Assembly (NCBI GenBank): GCA_964194835.1
Contig: CAXMOE010000002.1
Span: 277-43,461, forward strand
DNA length: 43,185 bases
From: an uncultured Flavobacteriaceae bacterium
GTDB lineage: Bacteria; Bacteroidota; Bacteroidia; Flavobacteriales; Flavobacteriaceae
Direction of reading: 5' to 3'
The position numbers and the translations under genes were made by a program. This document shows, one piece after another, positions 18,837 to 27,083 of this stretch. A model generated the notes under the pieces. It saw only the letters and a list, made by a program, of their open reading frames with translations, did not search any database and had not been told where the DNA came from. Numbering within the stretch: the stretch's first letter is position 1; every line of letters begins with the position of its first letter.

Positions 18837-19814
18837 ATGAAATATAAGATAATACTACTCCTATTCCTTTTATGTGGATTAATATCCTGTAAAAAGGATG
18901 TAGGGAATACCAAAGTTCTTTATTTGGCTCATAATCTACCCCAAACGCATCCTGTTCACAAAGGTATTTTAACTCTTCAGGAGGTATTGGAAAGAAAATC
19001 CGAAGGGAAGTTAAAAATTAAAATTTTCGCTGATGGACAGCTAGGTTCAGAACGAGAAGTATTGGAATTATTACAAATCGGCAGTGTTGCAATAACCAAG
19101 GTGAGTGCCGCTACTTTGTCCAATTTTGTTCCAGAATACCATGTATTGGGCATCCCGTATTTGTTTCGTGATAACGAACATAAATTTAATGTACTGGAAG
19201 GGGAAATTGGGAAATCGATATTGGAAAAAGGCAGTAAATATTGGCTTCGCGGACTTTGCTATTATGATGCGGGTAACAGAAGTTTTTATACTAAATCCAA
19301 AGCAATTAGAACGCCGGAAGATTTAAGAGGACTCAAAATAAGGGTCATGAACAACCAAATGTCTATTAATATGGTGAATGCTTTGGGAGGTTCAGCCACT
19401 CCCATGGCCTATGGGGAATTATATACGGCTATCCAACAAGGGGTCGTTGATGGGGCGGAAAATAACCCTCCATCATTTGTCGGCTCCAATCATTACGAGG
19501 TAAGCAAATACTATACGTTGGATCAGCATTCCGCGGTGCCCGATGTTTTACTTATAAGCACAAAATATTGGAGAAAATTATCACAACAAGAACAAAATTG
19601 GGTACAAGAGGCAGCGGATGAATCTTCACAGGCACAAAAGATATTTTGGAGCCAATCTGTAGCAGAATCAATGAAAATAGCAAAAGATTATGGTATTGAA
19701 ATTATTATCCCCGAAAAATCACTGTTTGCAGAGCAATCCAAATCGGTATTGGAAGAATTCAAAAAAGAATACCCAAGAATGGCAGCCTTGGCAAATCAAA
19801 TTAAAGCACAGTAG
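18837..19814 (+). CDS. dctP: TRAP transporter substrate-binding protein (DctP family), lipoprotein
   Basis: The ATG at 18837 gives MKYKIILLLFLLCGLISC (lipobox). DctP-like features include GQLGSEREVLELLQIGSV and MAYGELYTAIQQGVVDGAENN. The longer TTG start at 18819 would overlap uxaC. Confidence 0.85.
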   Translation: MKYKIILLLFLLCGLISCKKDVGNTKVLYLAHNLPQTHPVHKGILTLQEVLERKSEGKLKIKIFADGQLGSEREVLELLQIGSVAITKVSAATLSNFVPEYHVLGIPYLFRDNEHKFNVLEGEIGKSILEKGSKYWLRGLCYYDAGNRSFYTKSKAIRTPEDLRGLKIRVMNNQMSINMVNALGGSATPMAYGELYTAIQQGVVDGAENNPPSFVGSNHYEVSKYYTLDQHSAVPDVLLISTKYWRKLSQQEQNWVQEAADESSQAQKIFWSQSVAESMKIAKDYGIEIIIPEKSLFAEQSKSVLEEFKKEYPRMAALANQIKAQ

Positions 19815-19816
19815 TT

Positions 19817-20308
19817 ATGAAATGGCCCGACCTGATTTTCAATAGAGTGATCCGATTCATAGAGTATTTTTTGGTAACCCTTTTTGCTCTTTTACTACTA
19901 GATGTTTTATGGCAAGTTTTTTCGAGATATATTTTATCCACTTCCTTTTCATTTACAGAAGAATTTGCTCGTTTTTCATTGATCTGGTTGTCCATATTAG
20001 GGGCAGCATATCTCAATGCAAAAAGAGAACATTTATCCATGGATTTCTTGTACAGGAAATTTTCAGCCCCAACCAAGAAGAAAGTATCCATTCTTATTGA
20101 ATTATTCATCTTCTTATTTGCATTAATAGTAATGGTGATCGGAGGGTTTAATTTGGTTTATACAACACTTCATTTAGAGCAACTTTCGGGCACATTACGT
20201 ATTCCATTGGGGTATGTATATTCCATAATGCCCTTTAGTGGACTGCTAATTATGTGTTTTTCTGTGTATCATATTTCAAAAATTTTTACCAATCAAATAA
20301 CAGATTAG
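19817..20308 (+). CDS. dctQ: TRAP transporter small permease (DctQ family)
   Basis: 163 aa with four hydrophobic helices. It lies between dctP and dctM. Confidence 0.8.
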   Translation: MKWPDLIFNRVIRFIEYFLVTLFALLLLDVLWQVFSRYILSTSFSFTEEFARFSLIWLSILGAAYLNAKREHLSMDFLYRKFSAPTKKKVSILIELFIFLFALIVMVIGGFNLVYTTLHLEQLSGTLRIPLGYVYSIMPFSGLLIMCFSVYHISKIFTNQITD

Positions 20309-20310
20309 CC

Positions 20311-21615
20311 ATGAGTATTGAAGTTGTTAGCATATTGGTTTTATTTGTTAGCTTTTTTATATTGTTAATGCTAAAGGTTCCTGTAGCCTACTCCATAGGT
20401 ATTTCGACAACAATTAGTTTATTATTAAATATTGACAAAATGCCAGGCTTAACAACTATAGCACAGCGCATGACTATTGGGCTTGATAGTTTTGCGCTCT
20501 TGGCAATTCCGTTTTTTGTGCTGGCAGGAGAGATTATGAAACGTGGCGGCATTGCAAACCGACTTATAAATTTTGCCAAATCATTGGTAGCAAGCCTTCC
20601 AGGAGGTTTGGCATATGTAAACGTCTTGGCATCCATGTTATTTGGCGCAATTTCGGGTTCGGCAATAGCTGCAACTTCTGCCATTGGAAGTATTATGACC
20701 GATAGAATGGAAGAAGAAGGATACCCTAGAGAATTTAGTGCCTCTGTAAATATTACCTCTTCAACAACGGGTTTGTTAATTCCACCTAGTAATATTTTAA
20801 TTGTGTATGCATTGGCAAGTGGTGGGACAGCATCGGTGGCTGCCTTATTTATTGCAGGTTATTTGCCCGGAATTTTATTGGGGATTGCGTTAATGGGCTA
20901 TATAGCCTTTGTTGCCATTAAAAGAGGTTTTTCCAAAGGGAAAAGAGTACCACTTGTTGAAATATGGACTTATTTTAGAAAGGCCTTTTTCAGTCTACTT
21001 TTATTGATCATTGTTGTGGGTGGTATTGTTGCCGGTATATTTACGGCTACAGAGGCATCAGCTATTGCCGTATTATATGCTGCAGTATTATCCTTAATTT
21101 ATGGAAATATAAAGACAAAAGATTTTCCTGATATATTATTGGCAAGTGCCAAAACTACAGCGATTGTTATGTTCTTGATTTGTACTTCAATGGCAATGTC
21201 ATGGTTGTTTTCCTTTGAAAGTATTCCCCAATTAATGAGCAGTTTTCTCTTAGAGCAGTTCAGTAACAAGTTTGTGATTTTTTTAATCATCAATATTATT
21301 TTACTGGTGATAGGAACTTTTATGGATATAACCCCGGCAGTTCTAATATTTACACCCATTTTTTTACCCGTTGTGACCGCATTGGGAATGCACCCGGTAC
21401 ATTTTGGAATTGTAATGGTCCTAAACCTATGTATAGGATTATGTACACCCCCAGTGGGCACCATTCTTTTTGTAGGTAGTGGTGTTGCCAACATATCGGT
21501 TTCCCAAGTGATAAAACCCTTGCTTCCTTTCCTTGCAATAATGATAATTGTGTTACTTTTAGTGAGTTATATACCAGAAATATCAATGATTTTGCCCAAA
21601 TTATTTAATTTATAA
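20311..21615 (+). CDS. dctM: TRAP transporter large permease (DctM family)
   Basis: Polytopic. The ATG at 20311 (MSIEVVSILV..) follows the dctQ stop by 2 nt. Contains IPFFVLAGEIM and LFGAISGS motifs. The 19-codon upstream extension overlaps dctQ and is unlikely to be real. Confidence 0.85.
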   Translation: MSIEVVSILVLFVSFFILLMLKVPVAYSIGISTTISLLLNIDKMPGLTTIAQRMTIGLDSFALLAIPFFVLAGEIMKRGGIANRLINFAKSLVASLPGGLAYVNVLASMLFGAISGSAIAATSAIGSIMTDRMEEEGYPREFSASVNITSSTTGLLIPPSNILIVYALASGGTASVAALFIAGYLPGILLGIALMGYIAFVAIKRGFSKGKRVPLVEIWTYFRKAFFSLLLLIIVVGGIVAGIFTATEASAIAVLYAAVLSLIYGNIKTKDFPDILLASAKTTAIVMFLICTSMAMSWLFSFESIPQLMSSFLLEQFSNKFVIFLIINIILLVIGTFMDITPAVLIFTPIFLPVVTALGMHPVHFGIVMVLNLCIGLCTPPVGTILFVGSGVANISVSQVIKPLLPFLAIMIIVLLLVSYIPEISMILPKLFNL

Positions 21616-21627
21616 ACAGTTTTAGGA

Positions 21628-22668
21628 ATGAATAAAGTAGTGACATTTGGAGAGATCATGCTACGGTTGGCACCTCCAGGTTTTTTAAGATTTTCACAAG
21701 CAAACAGCTTTGATGTCGTATATGGGGGTGGAGAATCGAACGTAGCGGTTTCATTGGCAAATTATGGAGTGCCCGTGGATTTTGTAACCCGTTTACCTCA
21801 AAATGATATAGGAACCTGCGCCATGATGGAAATGCGTAAACGAGGAGTGGGAGTAGACAAAATTGTTTATGGAGGCGAACGACTAGGGATATATTTTCTT
21901 GAAACCGGTGCTGTTTCAAGAGGATCTAAAGTCGTCTATGACCGGGCACATTCTGCAATAGCAGAAATTGAACCTGGTATGATCAACTGGGAAGAAGTTT
22001 TTGAAGGTGCAACATGGTTTCATTGGACAGGCATTACACCTGCTATTTCCCAGGGAGCCGCCGATGTTTGCTTGGAAGCTGTAAAGGTAGCTAGCAAAAT
22101 GGGCATTACAATTTCTACCGATCTAAACTACCGTGCTAAACTTTGGAAATATGGTGTGGAACCTGAGGCAGTAATGACAGAACTTACCTCTTACTGCGAT
22201 GTTATTTTAGGAAATGAAGAAGATGCGGAAAAGCATTTCGGAATCAAACCGGAAGGATTGGATATTACCACCCAGGGACATGATGTAAAAGCAGAGGCCT
22301 TTCTATCAGTTTGTGAGCAAATGATGGAGAAATTTCCAAAGGCCAAAAAAGTAATTACAACCTTGAGAGGTTCTATTTCAGCATCCCATAATACATGGGC
22401 GGGAGTGTTATACGATGGCACAACAATGTACGAATCCCGTCAATATCAAATCACGGATATTGTAGATCGGGTTGGCGGGGGTGATTCCTTTATGGGAGGC
22501 TTAATCTATGGCCTACTGCAATATCCCGAGGACGACCAGAATGCATTGAACTTTGCAGTTGCGGCATCCTGTTTAAAACACACAATTAAGGGTGATGCGA
22601 ATTTGGTCACTGTGGAGGAAGTACAAAAATTAATGGGGGGTGATGCCTCAGGAAGAGTTTCAAGATAA
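21628..22668 (+). CDS. kdgK: 2-dehydro-3-deoxygluconokinase (PfkB sugar kinase)
   Basis: 346 aa. Contains VVTFGEIMLRL..GGGESNVAVSLA and a C-terminal DRVGGGDSF motif. The uronate-pathway context supports the call. Confidence 0.85.
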   Translation: MNKVVTFGEIMLRLAPPGFLRFSQANSFDVVYGGGESNVAVSLANYGVPVDFVTRLPQNDIGTCAMMEMRKRGVGVDKIVYGGERLGIYFLETGAVSRGSKVVYDRAHSAIAEIEPGMINWEEVFEGATWFHWTGITPAISQGAADVCLEAVKVASKMGITISTDLNYRAKLWKYGVEPEAVMTELTSYCDVILGNEEDAEKHFGIKPEGLDITTQGHDVKAEAFLSVCEQMMEKFPKAKKVITTLRGSISASHNTWAGVLYDGTTMYESRQYQITDIVDRVGGGDSFMGGLIYGLLQYPEDDQNALNFAVAASCLKHTIKGDANLVTVEEVQKLMGGDASGRVSR

Positions 22669-22678
22669 ACATAATACT

Positions 22679-23350
22679 ATGGCACAATTTTCAAGAATTG
22701 AAGTAGCAACGGCAATGAAAGACACAGGGTTGGTTCCTTTGTTTTTTAGCAACGATATAGCGTTGAGCAAGAGCGTGCTAAAAGCTTGCTACGAGGGAGG
22801 GGGCCGATTAATGGAGTTTACTGCCCGTGGAGATTTCGCCCATGAAGTTTTTGGTGAATTAACAAAATATGCCATCGCCAATCTCCCTGGAATGATCATG
22901 GGAGTGGGTTCTGTTACCGATGGTGCTGCAGCATCATTATATATGGCATTGGGAGCGAATTTTGTGGTGACCCCGGTTTTAAGGGAAGATATTGCCATTG
23001 TATGTAACCGACGTAAGGTATTGTGGTCACCAGGCTGTGGAACACTAACTGAAATTGCAAGGGCTGAAGAATTGGGGTGTGAAATCGTAAAATTGTTCCC
23101 AGGGGATGTTTATGGGCCACAATTTGTGAAAGGCATTAAAGGTCCACAACCCTGGACAAGTATTATGCCAACCGGAGGGGTCTCGCCAACAGAAGAAAAC
23201 TTATCGGCTTGGTTTAATGCTGGCGTTACTTGTGTTGGTATGGGTTCTAAATTAATTACCAAGGACATATTGAATAAAAAAGATTTTGATCAACTGAAAA
23301 GTAAGGTCAAGGATACCCTACAAATAATCAATGATATCAGGAACAAATAA
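22679..23350 (+). CDS. eda: KDPG / 4-hydroxy-2-oxoglutarate aldolase
   Basis: The ATG at 22679 (MAQFSRIEV..) gives about 223 aa. Contains LMEFT, VGSVTD, KLFPG and PTGGV motifs of class I KDPG aldolases. It follows kdgK. Confidence 0.8.
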   Translation: MAQFSRIEVATAMKDTGLVPLFFSNDIALSKSVLKACYEGGGRLMEFTARGDFAHEVFGELTKYAIANLPGMIMGVGSVTDGAAASLYMALGANFVVTPVLREDIAIVCNRRKVLWSPGCGTLTEIARAEELGCEIVKLFPGDVYGPQFVKGIKGPQPWTSIMPTGGVSPTEENLSAWFNAGVTCVGMGSKLITKDILNKKDFDQLKSKVKDTLQIINDIRNK

Positions 23351-23470
23351 GGGATATGGGATACCTATACTAATTGCACAAGGAAGATTTAAATTTGATA
23401 TTTGCTACACATAGATCCCAACCAAATTACACTTCAAGAAAATTGAATCATGTCGTAAACAAACTATCGA

Positions 23471-24691
23471 ATGAATAGAAGAAACTTTGTAAAAGGGGCG
23501 GTTTTAGGTTCTGCAACCACGATCCTGGGCACTGATATTGTGTTCAGTGCATTAATCCCGAAAGGTTATCAACCCTTGTTACTCCAGGACCCCGATCCCT
23601 TTAAAATGTTTAACCTTGACAAGGGTATGGTGGTTTTGAACAATAAGCCATGGAATATTGAGGCTAAGGCGCATCTCCTTGACGACAAGATCACCCCCAA
23701 TAAATATATGTTCATAAGAAACAATGGGCTTATTACAGAGACTATCGATGCCAGTAACTGGACATTGACCATTGATGGAGAATCTGCTAAACAGCAAAAA
23801 ACGTATACGCTGGCAGATCTAAAGTCCAAATTTTCCCAATACACCTACCAACTCACCCTGGAATGTGGGGGTAATGGCCGTAGTGAGTTCGACCCTCCCG
23901 CCAAAGGTAATCAATGGACAGTGGGTGCGGTATCCTGTGCTACATGGACAGGGGTAAGATTGCGTGATGTGTTGGAAGATGTTGGTGTAAAAGATGACGC
24001 TATATATGTTGGTTACCATGCTGCCGATGTCCACCTTAGTAGAGATCCCGGTAAAGAACCTATTTCCAGGGGAGCTCCAATGCCCAAAGCATTACAGGAT
24101 GAGACATTATTGGCCTTCAAAATGAACGGGGAAGATATTCCTATAGCGCATGGTTACCCACTTCGATTGGTAGCGGGCGGTTGGCCAGCCTCTGTTTCAG
24201 GCAAATGGGTAAATCGAATTAGTGTACGAAACATTGTTCACGACGGTACTAAGATGACAGGAAATGCTTATCGGGTTCCGTGTAATCCTGTAGCACCAGG
24301 AGATAAGGTAAAGGACGAGGATATGTGTATTATAGAATCAATGCCGGTAAAGTCCTTGATTACCTATCCCAAATCAGGGGCCACCATTAAACAGGGTAAG
24401 CAACTCAACATCAGAGGCCATGCATGGGCAGGAGAGCTGGAAGTGTCAAATATGGAATATTCAATTGACTTTGGTGCTACATGGAACGTATGTCCAATAG
24501 AAAAACCTGTCAACCGTTTGGCTTGGCAACACTTTTCCGCTAGCATAGATTTCCCAAAGAAAGGCTATTATGAGGTATGGGCAAGAGCCACGGATTCCAG
24601 GGGAGTTAGTCAACCTATGTTATTGCCTGGGTGGAATCCAAAAGGATATTTAAATAACGCTTGTCATAGAATTGCAATTAAAGTCGGTTAA
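23471..24691 (+). CDS. TAT-exported sulfite-oxidase-family molybdopterin oxidoreductase (SorA-like)
   Basis: 406 aa. The signal is MNRRNFVKGAVLGSATT. LTLECGGNGRSEF contains the Moco-ligand Cys motif, PLRLVAGGW is present, and a C-terminal Ig-like dimerisation region follows. Confidence 0.8.
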   Translation: MNRRNFVKGAVLGSATTILGTDIVFSALIPKGYQPLLLQDPDPFKMFNLDKGMVVLNNKPWNIEAKAHLLDDKITPNKYMFIRNNGLITETIDASNWTLTIDGESAKQQKTYTLADLKSKFSQYTYQLTLECGGNGRSEFDPPAKGNQWTVGAVSCATWTGVRLRDVLEDVGVKDDAIYVGYHAADVHLSRDPGKEPISRGAPMPKALQDETLLAFKMNGEDIPIAHGYPLRLVAGGWPASVSGKWVNRISVRNIVHDGTKMTGNAYRVPCNPVAPGDKVKDEDMCIIESMPVKSLITYPKSGATIKQGKQLNIRGHAWAGELEVSNMEYSIDFGATWNVCPIEKPVNRLAWQHFSASIDFPKKGYYEVWARATDSRGVSQPMLLPGWNPKGYLNNACHRIAIKVG

Positions 24692-25176
24692 TGGAAGATT
24701 ACGAAAAGCTAGCTAAAAGCGCAAAACAGATACGCAGAATGGTATTGACCATATTCCTGGTTTTTATAGCAATAGCAGGTATTCTGGTCTATCTATTGAT
24801 AGATCCCACACTTTCCGCTTTTAAATCAAACGAGCCCGCACAGGAATATATAAAAGTGCAGGATGTTGATGAAGAGGACTTTGATAAGATAGAAAATGGA
24901 ATTCATGTCCGCACTGGCTTTATAGCAGCACAGGGGTTGACGGAGGTTGTAAACAATTGCACCAATTGTCATTCATCCCAATTGGTCATCCAAAACAGAA
25001 TGAACAGGGAACGTTGGATAGCCACCATACGATGGATGCAGGAAACGCAGAATTTATGGGATTTGGGAAATAATGAAGAAATTATCGTGAACTATCTGGT
25101 TACCAACTATCCCCCATTGAAAATGGGAAGAAGAGAAGCGTTGACAAATATTGAATGGTATGAATTAAGGGATTAG
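24691..25176 (+). CDS. Membrane-anchored monoheme c-type cytochrome (SorB-like partner)
   Basis: 161 aa. The N-terminal TM helix is VLTIFLVFIAIAGILVYLLI and there is a single CTNCH haem-binding motif. The start codon overlaps the upstream stop. Confidence 0.7.
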   Translation: MEDYEKLAKSAKQIRRMVLTIFLVFIAIAGILVYLLIDPTLSAFKSNEPAQEYIKVQDVDEEDFDKIENGIHVRTGFIAAQGLTEVVNNCTNCHSSQLVIQNRMNRERWIATIRWMQETQNLWDLGNNEEIIVNYLVTNYPPLKMGRREALTNIEWYELRD

Positions 25177-25358
25177 TATATTGATTATTTTACTATGGTG
25201 TAGCAATCAAGTAATTTAGAAATGTTTGAAGATGAATAAATTCTAATAAAAAGGCAAACAGTCTTTTATTGGATAATAGTCACTTCCTTAACAATTTAAC
25301 TCCCATTAAAAAATATGTCACACAAATTTTGTGGGAAAGGATGTAAAAATTTCAGTTT

Positions 25359-25404
25359 TAAAAAGCAAAAAGCCTTAATTATCAATAAGATAAAAAAGGC
25401 TTTT
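25359..25404 (-). terminator. Rho-independent terminator after tRNA-Asp
   Basis: On the minus strand, AAAAGCCTT-N19-AAGGCTTTT forms a 9-bp stem followed by TTGCTTTTT, immediately 3' of the tRNA. Confidence 0.5.
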
Positions 25405-25405
25405 G

Positions 25406-25479
25406 CGGTCCGGACGGGACTCGAACCCGCGACCCCCTGCGTGACAGGCAGGTATTCTAACCAACTGAACTACCGAACC
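25406..25479 (-). tRNA. tRNA-Asp (anticodon GTC)
   Basis: The minus-strand sequence is GGTTCGGTAGTTCAGTTGGTTAGAATACCTGCCTGTCACGCAGGGGGTCGCGGGTTCGAGTCCCGTCCGGACCG. It folds as a 74-nt cloverleaf: 7-bp acceptor, 4-bp D stem, anticodon stem CCTGC/GCAGG with loop CTGTCAC, T arm GCGGG/CCCGT with a TTCGAGT loop, and discriminator G. No CCA is encoded. Confidence 0.95.
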
Positions 25480-25496
25480 GTGGCGTTTAGCGGTTG

Positions 25497-25527
25497 CAAA
25501 TATACATCGCTAATTCAATTGCACAAA
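25497..25527 (-). promoter_or_regulatory. Bacteroidota-type promoter for tRNA-Asp (-33 TTTG, 19-nt spacer, -7 TATATTTG)
   Basis: On the minus strand, TTTG (25524..25527) and TATATTTG (25497..25504) are separated by 19 nt. The -7 box ends 17 nt upstream of the tRNA 5' end. Confidence 0.6.
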
Positions 25528-25554
25528 CAATTTTTACTAAAAATATGGTAGGGT

Positions 25555-26484
25555 TCAAAGAAATTTTTGCCGTTCGATCATATAGGTGTTCAATACCTTG
25601 GAAAAATTAGCATGTATATCTACGTCCACGTACTTAATTTTATATTGGGCACATTTTAATTTCAGCGTATCGAAGTACGTGCCAATCTGTTGCTCATACC
25701 CCTCTTTTACTGAATCAGCGTACAGATCAATATAATCTCCAGTCTCGACATCCATGAATCGTTTGGGGGTATTCTCAAAATTAAAATGAACCTCTTTGTC
25801 CTTATCCATTAAATGAAAGAGTACAACTTCGTGCTTATTATATTTTAAATGACGTAGCGCATCGAACAAGGTATCATCATCCGTGGCAGTTTGAAACATA
25901 TCCGTAAATAAAAAAATTAAGCTACGACGCTTTAGTTTTTCAGCTATCAGATGTAAATAAGTATAAGTCTGTGTATTCCTTGCAGGTTTGGTGTCAGAAC
26001 TTATCTCACTCAGTTTTGCCAACAACATCTGATGGTGGCGTTCACTACTTTTTTCTGGGGTATAGAAACTATAGTTATCCGAATACACACTCAGTCCTAC
26101 CGCGTCACGTTGCTTTTTAAGGATATTCATCAAGGCCGCCATGGCCAATACCCCAAAGCCGATCTTATTTAAATTATTGATGTTCAGGTTCTGTATTTCC
26201 GGGTAGTACATGGAGGCCGAATTGTCCAAGATCATATGGCACCGTAGATTCGTTTCCTCCTCGTAGCGTTTTGTATACAACTTATCCGTCTTTGCAAATA
26301 ATTTCCAATCTATATGCTTGGTACTTTCACCGCTATTATAAATTTTATGCTCTGCAAATTCTGCTGAAAATCCATGGAAAGGGCTTTTGTGGATACCACT
26401 TATAAAACCTTCAACAACTTGACTTGCCAAGAGTTCCAGGTTTTGGAACAATGATGATTTATGTAATTCGGATTGGAGTTTCAT
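25555..26484 (-). CDS. DUF58 domain protein (vWA-like, MoxR-associated family)
   Basis: GIHKSPFHGFSAEFAEHKIYNSGESTKHIDWKLFAKTDKLYTKRYEEE and ILDNSASM match the DUF58 core. I prefer the ATG at 26484 (MKLQSE..) over the 16-codon extension starting at 26532. Confidence 0.75.
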   Translation of the reverse strand: MKLQSELHKSSLFQNLELLASQVVEGFISGIHKSPFHGFSAEFAEHKIYNSGESTKHIDWKLFAKTDKLYTKRYEEETNLRCHMILDNSASMYYPEIQNLNINNLNKIGFGVLAMAALMNILKKQRDAVGLSVYSDNYSFYTPEKSSERHHQMLLAKLSEISSDTKPARNTQTYTYLHLIAEKLKRRSLIFLFTDMFQTATDDDTLFDALRHLKYNKHEVVLFHLMDKDKEVHFNFENTPKRFMDVETGDYIDLYADSVKEGYEQQIGTYFDTLKLKCAQYKIKYVDVDIHANFSKVLNTYMIERQKFL

Positions 26485-26556
26485 TGTATAACTAAGGTAA
26501 GAAACAAATGGTTGCCACAAAATAAATTCCAAGGCTCAACTCTAAAACTTCTTAAA

Positions 26557-26592
26557 ATAAAAAAGGGCCTGACAAATGCCAGGCCCTTTTTT
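26557..26592 (-). terminator. Rho-independent (bidirectional-looking) terminator after trxA
   Basis: AAAAAAAAGGGCCTG-acaaatgc-CAGGCCCTTTTTT has a GC-rich 7-8 bp stem flanked by an A-run and a T-run. It lies 17 nt downstream of the trxA stop. Confidence 0.8.
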
Positions 26593-26608
26593 ATCTGTAG
26601 TTCTTCAT

Positions 26609-26926
26609 TTAGATCAATGCATCAATAGCATCGGTGTATACCTTTTTAGGAGATACCCCAACTTGCCTATTAATGATTTCACCATTTTTAAAAACCAAAA
26701 CTGTAGGGATGTTACGCACCCCATATTTTGCAGCAAATTCTTGGTTAGCGTCAACATCTACCTTACCTACCACGGCCTTTCCTTCATAATCATTACTAAC
26801 TTCCTCTATTATTGGACCTACCATTCTACAGGGTCCACACCATGCTGCCCAAAAATCTACAACTACTGGTTTATCGCTCTTTAAGACTAGTTCGTCAAAA
26901 GTTGCGTCTGTTATTTCTAATGCCAT
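26609..26926 (-). CDS. trxA: Thioredoxin
   Basis: 105 aa. VVDFWAAWCGPCRM contains the canonical WCGPC site, and the length is that of thioredoxin 1. Confidence 0.95.
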   Translation of the reverse strand: MALEITDATFDELVLKSDKPVVVDFWAAWCGPCRMVGPIIEEVSNDYEGKAVVGKVDVDANQEFAAKYGVRNIPTVLVFKNGEIINRQVGVSPKKVYTDAIDALI

Positions 26927-27083
26927 TTTATTTTGTTTTAATATTAGACAAATTTAGTCAATTATTTTTCCTTTTCCTTACGAACACTATATTCGTTTTA
27001 CTTATGGTGATATTGGCAAAATTTATATACTCATTTTTAGCTCTTCAAAGACCGTTTTAGAACATTTGGGGAGCTTGCCAGGA

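Noticed and set aside
20254-20310. Upstream-extended starts offered by the ORF track (dctM 20254, eda 22640, DUF58 26532, Rieske 36333, dctP 18819, OMP 3454)
   Set aside because: The extensions overlap the preceding gene or a predicted promoter, or they add non-signal residues before a clear signal peptide. Internal ATG starts give canonical N-termini.
25177-25405. Region 3' of tRNA-Asp as a possible genomic-island integration site
   Set aside because: There is no integrase, no direct repeat of the tRNA 3' end and no compositional break visible. The flanking genes are ordinary metabolic genes.
25315-25551. 78-aa plus-strand ORF
   Set aside because: It lies antisense across the tRNA-Asp gene together with its promoter and terminator. 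The translation has no protein-like features, so it is an ORF-finder artefact.
26980-26996. ACGAA-N7-TTCGT inverted repeat upstream of trxA, resembling a Gram-positive CGAAC..GTTCG LexA box
   Set aside because: It has only 5-bp arms, the wrong spacing for a Cheo box, and the wrong phylum. trxA is not an expected SOS gene, so this is probably chance.
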